Below are positions 34,895 through 46,800 of a DNA stretch of 64,000 nt, one piece after another. Source of the stretch: Scyliorhinus canicula (Eukaryota); the NCBI RefSeq assembly GCF_902713615.1, contig NC_052158.1, positions 151,793,400 through 151,857,399 of the forward strand, given 5' to 3'. Position 1 is the stretch's first letter. Every line of letters begins with the position of its first letter. The notes beneath the pieces are model-generated. The model saw only the letters and a list, made by a program, of their open reading frames with translations. It was not told where the DNA came from and searched no databases. The position numbers and the translations under genes are program-made.

Positions 34895-35500
34895 CGAGAT
34901 AGATAGCTTCTTGATTAATAAGGGGATCAGGGATTGAGGGGAGAAGGCAGGAGAATGGGGATGAGAAACATATCAGCCATGATTGAATGGTGGAGCAGAT
35001 TCGATGGGCCAAATGGCACATTTCTGCTCCTATGTCTTATGGTCTTATGACTCTACACGTTTATTAATGCGGTAGGAAGATGGAAGAGGAGACTGAACCC
35101 TCGTGCCTGTTCCACCATTCAGGAGATCATGGCTGACCTGTGACCGAATTGTATATTCTGACCTTAACCTCTTATCTTTAACAACCCTCGTTGACAGAAA
35201 TCGATCAATCTTAGATTTAAAATTACCAATTGACCCTGCCTCAACTGCCATTTGTAGATTCTTTCCAAATGTCCATCCCCTCTGGGTGCAGGATTGTTTC
35301 TTAATTCCACTTGTGAAAGACATGACTAATTTTAAACTATGTCCCATCGTCCTAAATCCCCCAAACTAGCAAAAATAGTTTATCTCCACTTCCTCTACCA
35401 GTTCTTCTTACCGTTCGGAAAATGTTGATCAGATCAACAGTTAATCTTCTAAATGCCAATGAATGCATGCCTAGTTTGTGTAACCTCCCCTCATGGTTTA
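34895..35500. mobile_element. Tail-to-tail CR1 3' fragments (34895-35049 +, ~35075-35500 -)
   Basis: CR1 3' UTR with (cttatggt)n; EGRLHKLGMHSLAFRRL on -. Confidence 0.72.
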
Positions 35501-36642
35501 GCGTCTGTGACACCATTCCCACCTCTGCCACCCTGAATGCCAATTCTTTACCCATGACATCTGCTTTCTGTCTTGCAACCAGATAGGTAGCTATTCTACT
35601 TGCTGAAAACTTTAAGACATCCAATGAAAATATTAATTTCTCTTTGAACAAAACAGTCGCGCCATGAATCAATGTTGCAGCAACCTAAGGCAGAACATGC
35701 ACAATTTATTTATGACTATTCCCAGTGCAACCTACCGTATGGTGCAGTGCGTGGCACCTGCCAATATAGCAGTCTGTAGCCACTCCCTCAGAAAGTCTGC
35801 ATGCTTCAGTAGGCATTTCGAGCACGGATGAACAACATGCACGGTTAAAATAACATGGGGTCAGACCTTGATGCTCTACAATACTATTTTTAAAAAACTC
35901 AGTGGCTAACTAGCTTAACAGGCTAGAGGGGCTAAAAGATGTAATCTCTCCCTAAATCCAGAAAATGGATAACAGCAATAGCTTTTGATTGATTGATTAA
36001 TTGATTGATGCACCGAAGTACAATGAAAAGTAATTTTCTGTGGCCAAGGCAACGTACACAGTGGACAAAAAGAATAATCGACCGACAAAGTACATTGACA
36101 AATAAGTAATTGGTTACAGTGGAGAACAAGGGAGTCAATTTGTTTAAAGATAATGTAGAACATGCTACCGACTTGCCGTTACACTGCTTACAGTATCGCA
36201 CAATGTCAAGGCCTGTCACTTTCTTTTTGCTGACGTATCTTTAGCTGCATGGCCTTTTTTCATTTTTTTAAATTCATTCTTGGGATGTGGGCATCGCTGG
36301 CTGGGCATAATTTGTTGCCCAAGCCTAATTGCCCTTGAAATGAGTGGCTTGCTAGGTCACTTCAGTCGGGGGGAGGGGGGAGTACAGTTAAGAGGTTAAG
36401 AGTCACATGGAGGCCAGATTTCCATCCTTATGTTTTTATGACAATCGGCAATGATTTCATGGTTATCATTAGACTTTTAATTCCAAATTCCTTTTTATTG
36501 AATTCAAATTTCACTATGATGGGATTCGGACCCAGGACCCCAGAGCAGTACCCTGGTTCTCTGGATTACCAGTGCAGTGACAATACCACTACGCTACCGC
36601 CTCTCCTTGTGTTTTGTTACACTTGAGAGACAAAATAATCAT

Positions 36643-37108
36643 AATAATAATCTTTATTAGTGTCACAAGAAGACTGCAATGAAGTTACTGTGAAAATCCC
36701 CTAGTCGCCACACTCCGATGACTGTTTGGGGTACACTGATCAAGCACGTCTTTCGGGACTTGTGGGAGGAAGCAGGAGCACTTGGAGGAAATCCACGCAG
36801 ACACGGGGAGAACGTGCAGACTCCGCACAGACAGTGACTCAAGCCAGGAATCGAACCTGGGACCCTGGTGCTGTGAAGAAGCAGTGCTAACCGCTGTGCT
36901 ACCGTGCCACCCGATGCTGTAAAATTATATAACATTCCTATGACTGTTAACTCATAGAATGATAGAATTGTAGAATTTACAGTGCAGAAGGAGGCTATTC
37001 GGCCCATCGAGTCTGTACCGGCCCTTGGAAAGAGCACGCTACTTAAGTCGAGGCTTCCCACCCTATCCCCGTAACCCAGTCACCCGACCTAACCTTTTGG
37101 ACAACTAA
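36643..37108 (-). mobile_element. V-SINE tail B (36643-36912) plus partial HE1-like SINE (36954-37108)
   Basis: Homology to the other copies. Confidence 0.8.
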
Positions 37109-37485
37109 GTATCAGATGCAGCTTGCCTTCCTTCCCTAGTAAAATTGATTGTCACTTGTATAGGATTTACTTTTAAGCAATCATTGGTAAACATGTATCC
37201 GTATGATCCTATATGATTGGTAACCACATAGATCCACATAGATCCACAAACATCCTACCACAGACCACATAGATGTGCTATGTCATTTGAAAAAGGAGAT
37301 AAAAAGATGTTCATTGCCTCTGCGTCGAAGTCAACATGGTTAATTTTACGAAATCTGGCTCAGGTGCCAAAGTTGGTCTTCGGGGAGGTCGGTTTGCTAA
37401 AACTGCCGCTACTGACGTGATCTTTTACTTTTTGGTTCAACGCGTCGCCCTTTGTCTCAAATGGACTAAAGGGATATTGTGATTT

Positions 37486-37556
37486 CTTCTGGGGATTTGC
37501 CTACGGAAAATCAGATCAATTTCAGCTAAAGGCTTGGAGTGTGATTCAGTATAAAA
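37486..37556 (+). promoter_or_regulatory. Gene C proximal promoter: O/E-like site (37486-37494, CCCCAGAAG on - strand), TATAAAA (37550-37556)
   Basis: TATA ~50 nt upstream of ATG 37603. Confidence 0.55.
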
Positions 37557-37602
37557 TGAGCCAAGCGACAACACTTGTTTAATGCGGCGGAGGATGTTAG
37601 TA

Positions 37603-37817
37603 ATGTATCCCCAGTTGTTTTGGGCGCTGTCTTTATTTCGTTTCTTCCCAGCCCACGCCACGAATGAAGCGTCCTGCGAACGCTGGGGGGCCGATGATTT
37701 GCTGAACCTGTTTAAAGATGGAGATATCATCCTGGGCGGAATTTTCCGGGTACACGCCGAAGTGAATCACCGGGACCTGACATTTAAAATCCAGCCGCAA
37801 TCTTTGACCTGCACGAA
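37603..37817 (+). CDS. Gene C exon 1
   Basis: [19 protein letters not shown] signal peptide, [13 protein letters not shown]; ends CT-AA|gtttgt (phase 2). Confidence 0.85.
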
Positions 37818-40800
37818 GTTTGTAAACGTTTCCGACTAATTTTAATAATGTTTGTTTTCAAATACATTCTCACTCTGCAGTTTTCGGGTCGCAAACAGTT
37901 AAGAACCGTTTCGAAGTGGGAAGTAATTTAAGATTTTAAATTTCTTCGAATGTTAATTAGAAATAATAGATTGTGAAACAAATGATCGAATTTACTGACG
38001 TATTAATAATAATAATCTTTATTATTGTTACAAGTAGGTTTACATTAACACTGTAATGAAGTTACTGTGAAAAGCCCCGAGTCTCCACACTCCGGCGCCT
38101 GTTCGGTACACAGGAAGAATTCAGAATGTCCAATTACCTAACATCAGCGGCTGGATTCTCCGATTTGTAGACTACGTGCTGACGCCGGAGTAGAAACAGT
38201 GGCGTTTTACGCCAGAAAATACAGTGCAAAAGCTGCACTAACAGCCATGCAGCGGTTAAGACCCGACTTTAGCTGCGGATACAGCCAGAGAATTGCCGGG
38301 TCCGTGGCCACACATGTGCACGGCAGCAGCCTGCAGCGGCCGCATTATGTAACACGGCGCAAACCCAACCTGCCACATACTGTCCACCAGTAACCCCCTC
38401 ACAACCTCCTGACCATCCCCCATCAGTGCCCCAGTCCCCGCCAAAGCCTGCAGCAAGGCTCCCCGCACCCCCCGCCTGTGGCGGCTCTGGACTCAGTCCG
38501 CAGCCGCCACACCAGGTTCACGAAAAAAAAAGGATAAATGAGCCACGCCATCGGGAACTTGGCCCATCGAGGATGGAGCATCAGGGGTAGAGCTTCAGGT
38601 GAAGTCCTGAGGCCAGCCATACGGCGTGCAGCGTACTCTTCGAATGTGCCATTTTCAGGTCAGTGGAGCATCGCAAGAGCAGTGCCATCCTCGATTTCGG
38701 TGCAAACAGGGATTCTCTGGTCGATTGCCGAACGCGATTTTGCCATTGGTGACCAGAGAATACAGCCCCACGTCTTTCAGGACTTGTGGGAGGAAACCGG
38801 AGCACCTGGAGGAAACCCACGCAGACATGGGGAGAACGTGCAGACTCCGCACAGACTGTGACCCAAGCCAGGAATCGAACCTGGGGCCCTGAAGCTGTGA
38901 AGCAACAGTGCTAACCACTGTAGCTCTTATGATTTGTGAAACTAGATTAAATTGCTTTGGTTCATCCTTAAACACTGTTTCCCTTCGGAAGCCAGTTCCC
39001 AATGTCCATTTGAAATTGGCGAAGGACGAATAATGTTGCTTGTTTGAGACCTCCGTAATGTTCATTTTTGAAGCACGGATAAAGATATCAACACTTTAGG
39101 TCGAAGATACAGAGTTCCTGTTTGTCAGGTTTCAATTCCACATTGTGTGTGCAATGTGCAGTAATATCTTGCATTTTAATATAGGAATGATATTTTCCAC
39201 TCTTAACTTAATAGAATTCTGGGGACATGTGATTAACTGTGTTTTGCTCTTCTGTGTTATTTATTGCCAATTTGTTGCCAGTTGTTACCAATTTGTTGAA
39301 ATTCTGCCCACTATTTGTTGTGATGTGCCCGTACCATCAGCTTCAATATATTTATCCCGTGGACGGAATTAATCGGAAACTTGATGCGCCTCTGCCAAGC
39401 TGGAGGAACGAAATCCAGGTTTCCCAACGGAGGTGGGAATTTCGCGCCTCTCCGCTCGCCAGTCCAACATTTCCCGCCCATGGAAAGCAATGTTGGAGGA
39501 GGAAATTGGCGGACTGGCGATTTGCAGACAGTGCGAAATTCAGTCGAACTTCAGTTGGGAACCTCTCTGAACGACAGTCACTGGTGGCGCAAGCTTATTA
39601 GCTAACGCCAACACCAACAACTGTGAAATCCTGCAGATATTTACTTATTTAAACAAATTATCCAAAATATATTCCCGCAGATTCTGGTTCAGGTTTTTCC
39701 GTTTCGCGCTCACCATGATATTCGCCATCGACGAAATAAACCAGGATTCAGCTCTGCTTCCTGATGTTACACTGGGATATCGGATTTACGACGCATGCAC
39801 CACGCCGAGTTTATCACTGAAAGCAGCATTTGAATTTTTGAACGGACGACAAGATATGTCACTGTACAATCCCTGTAAAAGGACACCTCTGATCTCTGCT
39901 GTAGTTGGTGATTCCGGGTCATCGCAGTCTTTAGCAATAGCGACTCTGATTGGCATTTTTAGGATCCCCATGGTAAGCCATTTGTTACACTATTGTCACA
40001 GTCAGTGCACAGGAACTGAAAAAAGAAAATGCCCACCTCCGTTTCCACACTTGGATTACTGTGTACAGTTCTGGTCACCCTATTGTAGAAAGGATATTAT
40101 TAGACTAAGAAAGAAAGCAGAAAAGATTTACTAGGATGTTATGGTGACTTGATGGTTTGAGTTATAAGGAGAGGCTGGATAGACTCGGACTTTTTTCCTT
40201 GGAGCGTAGGAGGCTTAGCGGTGATCTTATCGAGGTCCATTAAATAATGAGGCGCATCGATAAGGTAGATAGTCAACACCTTTTCCCAAATGTAGGGGAG
40301 TCTAAAACTAGAGGGCATAGGTTTAAGGTGAGAGGGGAAAGATACAAATGGGTCCAGAGGGGCAGTTTTTTTCACACAGAGGGTGGTGAGTGTCTGGAAT
40401 GAGCTGCCAGACGCAAGTAGAGACGAGTAGAATTTTGTCTTTTAAAAGCATTTAACAGTTATATGGGAATGATCAGTATAGAGGGATATGGGCCAAATGC
40501 AGGCAATTGGGACTCGCTTTGTGGTAAAAACTGGATGGCATGGACATGTTGGGCCGAAAGGCCTTTTTCATGCTGCAATCTTCTATGATTCTATGACTCT
40601 ATACTCATCCCAGCATTTACTATCGCATTCATTTAAATACAATGTGATAACGGATTCATCGCAATATTTCATTCCAGTTCAATATTTATTATTTTTGCAG
40701 CACAATAATTATTTAATTTACTCCATTAAAATGTTTATGGAATACATTTTTGGTATTACTCTTTTGAATAATGCGACAAAATATGACGTTGACATCCCGC

Positions 40801-43800
40801 AAAGGGTCAGCTATCTTGACTCAGTTGTGGATTTCTCACTCCCACAAAGCCTATCCATTGAACCGTACCTCTGGTTGCCTCCTGAATATCACCCAGCTGC
40901 TTCCCAGTGCCCAGAGTCACACCTTTTGGAGTGAGTCAGAGTGTTTTAGTGCTGAAAGGTAAATGGGATGGAGCAGCTTAGGCACTGTTGGGGTTTTAGC
41001 ATTTTGGAGTTTATCTGGTAAAAGGGCGGCACAGCAGCACATTGGTTAGCACAATTGCTTCATGGCTCCAGGGTCCAAGGTTTGATTTCTGGCTTGGGTC
41101 ACTGTTTTGCGGAGTCTGGACATTCTCCCCGTGTCTGCATTGGTTTCCTCCAAGTGCTCCGGTTTCTTCCCAAAAGTCCCGAAAGATGTGCAGCTTAGGT
41201 GGATTGGCCATGCTACGTTGCTCCTTAGCAGCCAAAACAGTTAGATGGTGAATTGGGTTATGTGAATAAGGTGGAGGTGTGGGCTAAAGTCTGGTTCTCT
41301 TTCCAAAGGCCGGTACAGACTCGATGGGCCAAATGGTCTCCTTCTGCACTGTAAATTCTATGATCCTATGATAAATGGTACGTCGGCAGCCAATGTGTAG
41401 GAACAGAGGGAAACATGGACCTCGGAATATGGGTGCCTCAGGAGACAATGAAAACTTTGGATTTTCGGCTGATTTTTTTTTCCTGTGTATTTGTACATTA
41501 TGTGACTAGGTTTATCTGTGGGGTACATGGTGAAACTGTGGTAAGTGACACAATGATTACATGCTGCTTGGCGGGAATGTGACTGGTAGTTTTGCGGGGG
41601 AAAAAACAATCAAAAAAGATTTTCATATATATTGGCTCAGGGAATGTGTCCATTGCTGGCTGGAACAGCATTGATTGCCCATCCCCAACTGCCCTCCAAT
41701 TCAGAGGGCATTTGATAGTCAACACATTGTTGTGGATCTGGAGACAGATTGGAGTCAGGAGGGCAGATTTCGTTCCCTAAAATACGTTAGTGAACCAGAT
41801 TTTTTTTTTAACGACAATCGTGAATGGTTTCATGGTCAGCATTAGACTTTTAATTCCAGATTTATTTTTGTATTGAATTCAAATTGCACCACCTGCCCAT
41901 GGTGGGATTTGAACCCAGATCCCCAAATCTTGTCCTGGGTCTCTGGGTTACTAGTCCAGTGGCAAAACCACTATGCCTCCCCCATCGAGCCAAACTGACC
42001 CTGTATCAAATGGATAAATAGATTTTCATTTGTCTTCCCCCCCCCCCCCCCCACTCACCTGATGAAGGAGCTACTCTCCGAAAGCTAGTGATTCAAAACA
42101 AACCTGTTGGGCGTTAACCTGGTGTTGAATGACTTTTGACTGTTTCTCCCCCAGGTCAGTTACCTTTCGACCTGTGAGTGCCTGAGCAACAGAAAGAAAT
42201 ATCCCTCATTTTTCCGAACGATCCCAAGTGATTACTTCCAAGCCAAAGCCTTAGCCCAGCTTGTGAAACATTTCGGATGGACATGGATCGGGACGATTAG
42301 AAGTGATGATGACTATGGGAACTTCGGAATGCAGGCTTTCACAGAGGCTGTGCAACAATTAGGTGTCTGCATTGCCTTTTCGGAGACATTTCATGCAATT
42401 TACCCAAGGGACAAATTGCGAAAAACTATCGCGACGATAAAGAAATCATCCACAAAAGTCGTGCTCGCCTTCCTCGCGCAGTCTGACATGGAGGTTTTAA
42501 TCAAAGAGATAATACGGCAAAACGTGACGGGCATACAGTGGATAGGAAGCGAGGCGTGGGCTGCCACCTTAGTGGTACCAGCCGCAGAAAGTAAACGATT
42601 CCTCTCTGGCACGATTGGGATTGCGATCCGCAAAGTGGATATCCGAGGGCTGAAGCAGTTCTTGATGCAAGTCCACCCTTCTCTGTATCCGGGAAACCTT
42701 TTAGTGAAGGAGTTTTGGGAAACGACGTTCGGCTGTATCTTGAACAACACAGGAAACAAAACAGATGGCACTCCAAGCGACCCGGGGATTCATGAATGCA
42801 CAGGAAGAGAGGATTTGCAGACAGTGCATAATTCATTTACCGATGTATCTCAGTACAGAGTGGAATACAATGTGTACAAAGCAACTTACGCCATCGCTCA
42901 TGCGCTCCACAATATGCTGTCGTGCAAAAGTAGAACAGAATTGTTTTCCAATAACAGTTGTACAAAAGATCTGAACTTTGAACCGTGGCAGGTAAGAAAT
43001 GTGTACAATCGTTAATGCCAGCTGAACGTGGTCAATACCAACCAACATTTGGGTTTGAGCTTGTTAATTGTGTACACTGAACGTTTGCTGTAGATTTACG
43101 TAGGAATCTTTATACCCGCGTGTCAGTCGTGGCTCTGGAGTTCGGAGATTGTGGATTCAAGTTCAACACCAGAGACTTCAGCATAAACTCTACCCGGATA
43201 GTTCGGTGCCATTCTGAGGGAGAACCGCCGTCCAGTATTCCAGTAGCAGGTCCCGGCCGTTGGAATTTTATGTTCCCGCTGGCAGCTGCCCCCCGCCCGC
43301 GGGTTTCCCTGCGGCCTGGGGTGACTTCAATGGAAAGTTCCATTGACAACCGGCGGGTCCCGCCGCCAGCGAACGTCGCGCCGCCGAGAAACACGCGGCG
43401 GAAGTGAGGCAGAGAAATTCTCCACGTGGAGTTTAATTTTCACCCCTCAACGTGTATCATTCAAACCAACAATATCACATTGCTCCTTGTGACAACGTGC
43501 AGTGCGTAAATGCAGCCTTTCCTGCATTACAATCGTGACTGCATTATGCATTGCAATAGCGAGTGCATTACATTCCAACATTTAGTGCATGACAACCGTC
43601 AGCGTATTAAACAGAGTGCATTATGTCATTAACCGCAGTACAACAGTGAGTGCAGTACAACAGTGACTCCGTTACAACAGCGAGGACATGACAACATTGG
43701 GTGCATTACAACAACGAGTGCATTACAACATTGGGTGCATTACAACAGTGACTGCGTTACAACAGCGAGTGCATGACAACATTGGGTGCATTACAACAAC

Positions 43801-46800
43801 GAGTGCATGACAACATTGGGTGCATTACAACAACGAGTGCATGACAACATTGGGTGCATTACAATAGTGAGTGCGTTACAACAGCGAGGGCATGACAACA
43901 GCGAGTACATTACAACAGAAAGTGCATGACAACATTGGGTACATTACAACAGCGAGTACATTACAACAGCGAGTGTATTACAACATTGATTGCAGTATAG
44001 CAAAGAAACGACAGAAACCTTAGGAACATCATCATACAGAGGGATCTGAGCGTGCAGATCCACAGTTCCCTAAAAGTGGCAACACAGGTGGTCAATGTGA
44101 TTAAGAAGGCACATGGCATCCTTGCCTTCATCAGCCAGGGCATTGAGTACAGGAGTTGGGAAATCATGTTGAAGCTATATAAAACCTTCGTTAGGCCGCA
44201 TTTGGAGTATTTCATGCAGTTCTGGTCGCCACATTATCAGAAGGACGTGGAAGCTTTGGACAGAATGCAAAGACGGTTCACCAGGATGTTGCCTGTTCTC
44301 GAGGGTGTTGGCTATGAGGTGAGGTTGAATAAACTAGGATTGTTTTCACTGGAAAGATGGAGGCTGAGAGGAGACCTGATAGAGGTTGACAAAATTATGA
44401 GAGACAGAGACAGAGTGGATACTCAGAGGCTTTTTCCAAGGGTGGAAGTGTCAATGACATGAGGGCACAGGTTCAAGGTGAGAGGGGGAAAGTTTAAGGA
44501 AGATTTGAGGGGTAAGGTTTTCACACAGAGAGTGGTGGGTGCCTGGAACGTGTTGCCAGAGGATGTGGTGGAAGCAGGCACATTAGCAGCATTTAAGAGG
44601 CATCTGGATGGGGACATGAATAGGGAGGAAATAGAGGGATGTGGAATGAGTAAGGGCAGAAGGTTTTTTTTAGTTCGGGCATCATGATCGGCACAGGCTT
44701 GGAGAGTCGAAGTGAAATTCCTGTGCTGTACTTTACTTTGTTCTTATAGCATTGAGTGCATTACAACAGAGTGCATTACAACAGTGACTGCATTGTAACA
44801 GTAAGTGCATTACAGCAGTGAGTGTATTACAACAGTGACTGCATTAGTGCATTACAGCAGTGAGTGCATTACAACAGTGACTGCATTAGTGCATTACAAC
44901 AGTGAGTGCATTACTACATTCAAATTTTCTGTGAAGCATTTTGGGAGCACCTGGGACTGTGCACAGACTTGGAAACATACACAGAAAATAAATGCGGGAG
45001 CAGGCCATTCGGCCCATCGAGTCTGCTCCGCCATTCATTAATATCATTTCTGATGATCAAATTCAACACCTTCAACCCAGATCTCGCCTTCCCTCCATAT
45101 CCCTTGATCCCTTTAGCCCCAAGACCTACATTTAATTCCTTCTTAATCTTTTCCTCAGGTAAGCACAGTAGAACTGTACACATTACTCCAAGTGTGGTCT
45201 CACCAATGTCCAATACAATTGCAGTAAAACATCTCTGTTCCTAAACTCAAATCATCTGGCTATGAAGGCCAGTATACCATTTGCCTTCTTTACTGACTGC
45301 TGCACCTACCTGTATTCCTTTAGTGACTGATGTACCAGGGCACCAAGATCTCGCTGAGTATCTGCCACTCTCAATTTACACACATTCGAATAATAATCTG
45401 CCTTCCTATTTTTGCTGCTGAAGTGGATAACCTCATGTTCATCCACATTATACTGCATCTGATATCCATATGCCCAATTCGCTCAGCCTGTCAAAATCAT
45501 ATTGAAGCATCTCTACATCCTTCTCACAGCTCACCCACACACCCCACTTTGCATCATCTGCAAATTTGGAGATAATACATTTCTTTCCATCATCTAAATC
45601 AGTAATATATAATGTGAACAATTGGGGTCCTAGCACAGATCTCTGCAGTACCCCACTGGTCACGACCTGCAAATTAGAAAAATACCCATTTATTCCAACT
45701 TTTTGTTTCTTGTCTGCTAACCAGCTTTCTATCCATCTCAAGACATTGCCCACAATTCCATGCATTTTAACTTTACATAGTAATTTGCTATGTGAGATCT
45801 TGTTGAAAACCTTCGAAAGTGTAAATAAATTATATCCACCAGTTCTCTCTGGTCAACTCTGCTCATTACATCTTCAAAGAAATCTAGTAGATTTGTCAAG
45901 CATTACCCTTTCGTAAATCCATGTTGACTTTGCCTGGTTATACCACTGCTTTCCAAATGCTGTGCTACCCAATCCCTGATAATGGACTCTAGCAACTTCC
46001 CTACTACAGTCATTAGGCTCACTGGTTTATGGTTCCCTGTTTTCTCTCGACCTCTCTTTTTAAATACCGGCTTCTGTTATCTACGCTCCAATCTGCAGGA
46101 ACCATTCCAGAGTCCAAAGAATTTTGAAAATGACCACCAATGGATCAACTATTTCAGGGGTCACTTCCTTAAATACTCTGGTATGAAGATTATCAGGCCC
46201 TGGTGATTTATCCATCTTCAATCCCATTAATCTCCCGAAAAACCATTTCTCTCCTATAACTGATTTTCTTCAGCTCCTCTCTAAAACATGTGCTACTCAG
46301 AGCATCCGATACATTATTCATGTCTTCCTTTGTGAAGATGGAAGCAAAGTACGAAGTTAGTTTCTCAGCCATTTCTTTGTTCCTCATAATGAATTCCCCC
46401 GTTTCTGACAGGAAGGGGCCTTCATTTTTCTCAATTGTTTTCTTTTTATGTGCCTATAGAAAATGTTTCCATCAGTTTTTATGTCACTGCAAGTTTACTT
46501 TAATTCCCTATTTCCCCCTTCTTAATCAATCCCTCAGTCCAATTTTGCTAGATTTTAAACTGCTCCCATCCTCAAGGCCATTGCTTTTTCTTGACAATTT
46601 CTATGCTTCTTCTTTGATCTAATATTATCGCTAATTTCACTTGTAAGCCATGGTTTGGCCACAATTTCCTTTCCACTCTTGCGCCAAATAGGAATAAACA
46701 ACTTTTGGAATCTCACTATCCATCTCGATAAAGAATGCGATCATATTATGGTCACTCATTCCCAAAGGTCATCTGACAACTAGATGACCAACTAATCCTT

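Noticed and set aside
43520-44915. Regularly spaced repeats suggesting a CRISPR array
   Set aside because: Contiguous tandem units with no unique spacers, no cas genes, vertebrate intron context
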